Source: an uncultured Gammaproteobacteria bacterium (lineage in GTDB: Bacteria > Patescibacteriota > Microgenomatia > Levybacterales > UBA12049). From it: a DNA stretch of 64,000 bases. Shown here piece by piece: positions 59,119 through 64,000 of the stretch. Where the stretch lies: NCBI GenBank assembly GCA_964553245.1, contig CAZKJM010000001.1:362667-426666 (forward strand), read 5' to 3'. The notes beneath the pieces were generated by a model, which saw only the letters and a list, made by a program, of their open reading frames with translations, made no database searches and was not told where the DNA came from. How positions within the stretch are numbered: position 1 is the stretch's first letter; the number at the start of each line of letters is the position of its first letter. The position numbers and the translations under genes are program-made.

Positions 59119-59868
59119 TTGATTATGAATTATAAGGCAATTATCTTTGACGTTGACGGAACTTTAATTAACAAATTTGATGGCAAAATAAGTAATATGG
59201 TAATAAAAGCCGTTAAAAAAGCAAAGAAAAAAATTCATATCTCAATAGCTACGGGAAGACCAAGACACGCAGTTGAAAAAATTATAAAGGACTTAGACCT
59301 TGACGGATTAGCAATATTATGTGATGGAGCACAAATAATAAACCTCAGAACAAACGAAGTTTTATTTCAGCAAGAAATTGAAAAAGAAGATTTTTTAAAA
59401 ACATTAAAAATTATTAAAAAATTTAATTGCGAATATTGTATCCTTGATGACAATAGAGATATCTCTTATAAAGAGAAATATACATACAAAACTCCTTTAT
59501 CTGTCTTTTCTTTTAATCTTAGTGATAAACTTGCTGATAATCTAATAAAAGAATTATCGATTCTCTCTAATATTTCTATTTATAAAATTCATAAGTGGGG
59601 CGATCAAGAAAAAGCAGGGGTAGTTGTTTCGCATATTAAAGCAACTAAACAACATGCAATCTTAGAGTATTCAAAATTATTGGGTATAAACACGCATGAA
59701 ATAATCGGTGTCGGAGATTCATACAATGATTTCCCAATGTTTATGGCTTGTGGACTAAGAATAGCTATGGGAAATGCTATTAATGAATTAAAAGAAATCG
59801 CGGACTATATAGCACCATCTGTAGATGAAGATGGAGTTGTTAAAGTAATAGAAAAATTCATTCTTTAA
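59119..59868 (+). CDS. HAD-superfamily hydrolase, Cof-like (IIB)
   Basis: AIIFDVDGTLI motif I, GDSYNDFPMF motif IV. Confidence 0.6.
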   Translation: MIMNYKAIIFDVDGTLINKFDGKISNMVIKAVKKAKKKIHISIATGRPRHAVEKIIKDLDLDGLAILCDGAQIINLRTNEVLFQQEIEKEDFLKTLKIIKKFNCEYCILDDNRDISYKEKYTYKTPLSVFSFNLSDKLADNLIKELSILSNISIYKIHKWGDQEKAGVVVSHIKATKQHAILEYSKLLGINTHEIIGVGDSYNDFPMFMACGLRIAMGNAINELKEIADYIAPSVDEDGVVKVIEKFIL

Positions 59869-59907
59869 TTTATTTTCCGAAAGTTTTTTTAATGATACTA
59901 TACTTAT

Positions 59908-61443
59908 ATGCTTTCTAAGGTAAATTCTGCTGCTATTATTGGTCTTGAAGCAGTATTAATAGAAGTAGAGGTTGATATTGCATCTCAAGGACTCCCCTCT
60001 TTTACAATTGTCGGTCTTCCCAATAAGGCAGTTGAGGAATCAAAGGAAAGAGTAAGATCTGCTATAAAAAATATCGGCGCTACGTTTCCGGCAAAAAGAA
60101 TTACCGTAAACCTTGCTCCGGCTGATCTTCCCAAGGAAGGTCCTTCTTATGACTTGCCAATTGCACTGGGGATATTACTTGCCTCAGAGCAAATAAAAAC
60201 AGATATTAGCAATGCTGTTTTTATCGGAGAACTTTCCTTGGATGGAAAATTAAGACATATTAACGGAATAATTTCTTCCGTATTAATGGCAAAAAACAAC
60301 AAGAAACAGCGGATTTTTTTGCCAAGCGTAAATATTAACGAAGCTTCGATTATTAGCGGGATAGAGATTTATCCATTAGATTCATTAACCCAACTTTTAA
60401 AACACCTGCAGGAAACAGAAGTAATTCCGCCGCAAAAACACGTTAAGCTTGAATCTTATTTAAAAATCGAAGAATATGAATTTGACATGGCAGACATTCA
60501 AGGACAGGAACAGGCAAAAAGAGCAATGGAAATTGCAGCAGCAGGAGCACACAACATTTTACTAAAAGGCCCTCCGGGTGCCGGAAAAACATTAATTGCC
60601 AAAACCCTTCCCTCGATTTTACCAAAGCTAAGCCTTGAGGAAGCATTGGATGTCACAAAAATTTATTCGACATCGGGGTTACTGGGAAACGATGCCATTG
60701 TTACAAAACGACCGTTTAGAAATCCGCACCATACTACTTCTCACGTTGGTTTAATCGGAGGGGGAACTGTGCCAAAACCGGGCGAAATTTCTCTTGCCCA
60801 TAGAGGAGTATTGTTTTTAGACGAATTCCCGGAACTTCCGAGAAACGTTTTAGAAGCTTTAAGACAACCATTGGAAGACGGTTTTGTTACTGTTTCAAGA
60901 GCCCATGGCAGAATAACTTTTCCTTCTAAATTCATGCTTGTCGCAGCACAAAATCCTTGCCCGTGCGGATATTTTGGAGACAAAACACATAATTGTAAAT
61001 GCCAGCCCGGACAAATAATCCGCTACCAAAAAAAAGTTTCCGGGCCAATGCTTGATAGAATTGACATCCATTTGGAAATTCCTGCCGTTAAAGTAGAAAA
61101 ATTAGCAACAACTTATAAGAATGCAAAAACGGAAAACAGCAGGCAAATCAGAAAAAGAGTACAACTAGCCCGCGACCTACAACTAAAAAGGTTTAAAAAA
61201 TTAAAAATTTCTTCAAATTCGGAAATGTCTAATAAGATTATTAAAGAGTTTTGTCCGCTTTCCGAAGATTGTATGTCAATATTAAAAATGGCGGTATCAA
61301 GAATGAATTTATCTGCAAGAAGCTACTATCGAACCATAAAACTGGCAAGGACAATTGCCGATCTTGAACAAAGCGATAAAATAAAAACTGCTCATGTCGC
61401 AGAGGCACTTCAATACCGTCCAAGAAACGAGGATATAATATGA
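59908..61443 (+). CDS. comM: YifB/ComM family Mg-chelatase-like AAA+ ATPase
   Basis: N-terminal Lon-like domain, Walker A KGPPGAGKT, Walker B VLFLDEFPE, Cys cluster CPCGYFGD..C.C. Confidence 0.75.
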   Translation: MLSKVNSAAIIGLEAVLIEVEVDIASQGLPSFTIVGLPNKAVEESKERVRSAIKNIGATFPAKRITVNLAPADLPKEGPSYDLPIALGILLASEQIKTDISNAVFIGELSLDGKLRHINGIISSVLMAKNNKKQRIFLPSVNINEASIISGIEIYPLDSLTQLLKHLQETEVIPPQKHVKLESYLKIEEYEFDMADIQGQEQAKRAMEIAAAGAHNILLKGPPGAGKTLIAKTLPSILPKLSLEEALDVTKIYSTSGLLGNDAIVTKRPFRNPHHTTSHVGLIGGGTVPKPGEISLAHRGVLFLDEFPELPRNVLEALRQPLEDGFVTVSRAHGRITFPSKFMLVAAQNPCPCGYFGDKTHNCKCQPGQIIRYQKKVSGPMLDRIDIHLEIPAVKVEKLATTYKNAKTENSRQIRKRVQLARDLQLKRFKKLKISSNSEMSNKIIKEFCPLSEDCMSILKMAVSRMNLSARSYYRTIKLARTIADLEQSDKIKTAHVAEALQYRPRNEDII

Positions 61444-63137
61444 AATATTTAAATTACTTAATAGGATCTTTAATTTTTTTACTTTTATTTATTGGATATT
61501 TCCATCCGATAAATGCAATTACCCAAGATCTAGGAAGGCATTTTTTACTGGGAGATATTATTTTAAAAACTCATAATGTCCCTGATACAAATTTATTTTC
61601 TTACACATACCCCAATTTTCCCTTTGTAAATCTTCACTGGTTATCCGAAGTTGTTTTTTATTTAATTTTTAAATTTATCGGATTTAACGGGTTGTTAATC
61701 TTCTCAACAGCAATAATTTTAATATCTTTTTCGATTGTATTTTTTTATTCTTTTAAAAAAGAAAACATTATTCCGCTTTCTATTATTTCCGTTTTTTATA
61801 TCCCGGTTCTTTTTGAGCGAACCGACATAAGACCGGAAATTTTCAGCTTTTTATTTTTAGCAATTTTCGTAGCCGTTCTTTATAAATTCAAATTTGAAAA
61901 AACAAAATTAATATTCATTCTTCCTTTTATTGAGCTTTTATGGGTAAATATGCATATTTACTTTATTATCGGCATTGCTGTTTTGGGAATATTTTTACTA
62001 GATTCCATTATTCAATCTTATAAAAATAAAGATAAAAAATTTTTATCGCTTCTTTTTATTACCGTTTTTTCCACCCTTGCCACATTTATAAATCCCAATT
62101 TTATTACCGGAGCAGTTTATCCACTTAGGGTATTTGAAAATTACGGCTATTCAATCGAGGAAAATCAAAATATTCTCTTTTTATGGAATCTTTTTCAAAA
62201 ACAGACAATTCTTTATTTTGTAATTTCTGCTTTTACATTAATCATTGTTTTATTTATAAATATCAAAAAAAGTAAAAAGATCGATTGGCTGCTTTCTTTA
62301 TTTTTTATAGCGCTTTCCATTATGCAAATAAGGAATTTCCCCTTGTTTGTTTTTGGAACATTTATTCCCTTTGCAAAAAACTTATCCGATATTTATACAA
62401 GGCTTCCTACTATTGTAAAAAAAACAATTCCTTGTTTACTACTTCTTTTAATAATTTGGCAGGGAAACCAAGTTGTTAAGGATAAAGGGTTCGGATTCGG
62501 CGTAGAAAAAGGAGCTGAAAAAGGTGTTGATTTTTTTATAAAAAATAAGCTTAAGGGACCGATTTTTAACGGATTTGACGTTGGTGGATATTTGGATTAC
62601 AGGCTTTATCCGAATGAAAAAGTTTTTGTAGACAATCGACCGGGAGAATATCCGGTAAGTTTCTTTCAAAACGTCTATATTCCAATGCAAAATGATCAAA
62701 AAATATTTGATGAAATAGATAAAAAATATAATTTTAATGTCATTTTCTTTAATCATACCGACCAAACCCCTTGGGCAGAAAACTTCTTAAAACAAATAAT
62801 TAGAAACAAAAATTGGGAACTAATTTATCTTGATGATTATTGTCTAATTTTTGTTAAAAACAATAAAAATAATGCTGAATTAATAAATAAATATCGTATG
62901 CCCGAAAGGAAAAATTTAAGCAACGTTGATTATAAAAATAAAAATTCACTTATTGGACTTTCGGTTTTTTTTAATAAAACCGGTCTTTTAGAAAATGAAG
63001 TTGAGATTCATAATAAAATATTGGGGCTAGATCCAAATTTTTGTTACTCCTTATATAGGATGGCTAATCTTTTATCCCAAAAAAATAGTTCTTCGGCAGA
63101 TATTTATGGGTTGAAGTTCAGGAATTTATGCCGCTAG
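61440..63137 (+). CDS. Polytopic membrane protein with C-terminal soluble domain (possible glycosyltransferase-like)
   Basis: 565 aa, ~10 TM; no motif. Confidence 0.4.
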   Translation: MKYLNYLIGSLIFLLLFIGYFHPINAITQDLGRHFLLGDIILKTHNVPDTNLFSYTYPNFPFVNLHWLSEVVFYLIFKFIGFNGLLIFSTAIILISFSIVFFYSFKKENIIPLSIISVFYIPVLFERTDIRPEIFSFLFLAIFVAVLYKFKFEKTKLIFILPFIELLWVNMHIYFIIGIAVLGIFLLDSIIQSYKNKDKKFLSLLFITVFSTLATFINPNFITGAVYPLRVFENYGYSIEENQNILFLWNLFQKQTILYFVISAFTLIIVLFINIKKSKKIDWLLSLFFIALSIMQIRNFPLFVFGTFIPFAKNLSDIYTRLPTIVKKTIPCLLLLLIIWQGNQVVKDKGFGFGVEKGAEKGVDFFIKNKLKGPIFNGFDVGGYLDYRLYPNEKVFVDNRPGEYPVSFFQNVYIPMQNDQKIFDEIDKKYNFNVIFFNHTDQTPWAENFLKQIIRNKNWELIYLDDYCLIFVKNNKNNAELINKYRMPERKNLSNVDYKNKNSLIGLSVFFNKTGLLENEVEIHNKILGLDPNFCYSLYRMANLLSQKNSSSADIYGLKFRNLCR

Positions 63138-63155
63138 TTTGCTAAAATAAATTAA

Positions 63156-64000
63156 TGACCCAAGGGCTAACCGAAACAGAAGCAAAAAACCGATTAAGAA
63201 TTTACGGTAAAAACGAGATTAGCTTTAAAAAGAGATTTGTTGGTGTAAAAATATTTCTTTCTCAGTTTATATCGATTCTCAATATCATTTTAATCCTAGC
63301 TGCTTTTTTCTCTTTTATCGCCACGGATAAAATTGATGGAATTTTAATACTGGCAATTGTTTTTATTACCGCAGCTTTTGGTTTTTTTCAGGAATATCAA
63401 GCAGAGAAAGAACTGGAAAAATTAAAAAAATATGTTACTCCTTTATCAAGGGTTATTAGGAACGGAAAAGAAAAAGAAATCCCGACAACGGAAATTGTTC
63501 CCGGAGACATCGTTGTAATAGAAGAGGGAAATTATGCTCCTGCAGACGGAAAAATTATCCAAAATCATCATCTTGAAACCGATGAATCCATGCTGACTGG
63601 AGAATCTCTTCCTGTTGCAAAAGAATTAAACGACGAAATATTCTCCGGTAGCTTAATTTTAAAAGGAAGAGCACAGATAATTGTGACTGAAACAGGTAAA
63701 AAAACAAAATTTGGAAAAATTGCTCAAGAGTTATCGAAAATAAAAAGTGAAAAAACACCCCTTCAGAAAAAATTGAACGGTCTTGGAAAAATATTATCCA
63801 TTGTCGTGGCTGTAATTTCTTTTTCTTTAATTCCAATCGGGCTTGCCAATAATAAAGAATTTATTCCTTTGGTTTTTTTAGCAGTAAGCATTGGCGTTGC
63901 TGCAATTCCGGAGGGATTACCCGCCGCAATTACCGTTGCTCTGGCAATTGGCACAAAAAGAATGGCTAAGAAAAATGCCGTTGTCAGAAAAATGGCGTCG
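63156..64000 (+). CDS. P-type cation-transporting ATPase, N-terminal part (runs off window)
   Basis: MTQGLTETEAKNRLRIYGKNEI..., actuator motif DESMLTGESLPV; frame open to 64000. Confidence 0.65.

Overview
This is a very AT-rich chromosomal fragment; GC looks to be roughly 30 percent or lower by eye, not computed. The gene content is that of a small-genome bacterium. Many small membrane proteins and compact operons suggest a CPR/Patescibacteria-like organism, but this is inference only. Housekeeping content includes rpoD and dnaG on the minus strand, a comM/yifB-type ATPase, a Zur-regulated znuACB operon with a clear operator, a ZIP zinc transporter, an MFS transporter, an AI-2E transporter, TspO, two NUDIX hydrolases, a MazG-like protein and a polysaccharide/glycosylation cluster (GalE, RmlD-like, GT2, methyltransferases).

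The most notable region is a roughly 15 kb block at about 36.9-52.2 kb that is visibly less AT-rich than the rest. It ends in a large serine recombinase whose 3' end overlaps the 3' end of a tRNA-Asn(GUU) gene. That tRNA is itself interrupted by a 206-nt group I intron with recognisable Q/R/S core elements. The block carries a tightly packed four-gene operon: a membrane signal-peptidase-I/CAP-like fusion, an excisionase-like HTH, a type III restriction Res-like helicase-nuclease and a beta-class DPPF methyltransferase. Downstream sit a candidate uncharacterised module (a 3-TM membrane protein, a small Pro/Thr-rich ORF and a 1141-aa helical-repeat protein with a post-NACHT-like motif but no P-loop), a DUF5659-like gene, a SpoVG-like gene and small phage-like genes.

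Two related families of roughly 35-55-nt dispersed repeats were found, sharing a GGCTAAAAACGGAGCTCCG head. Family 1 sits exactly on or next to the stop codons of six leftward genes. Family 2 sits in 5' intergenic regions and at the island edge.

Other points: a transglycosylase gene frameshifted at an A8 run, an intergenic 13-bp terminator hairpin between a DUF134/DUF5320 pair, a structured RNA candidate upstream of the phage-like genes, and two unannotated small ORFs.
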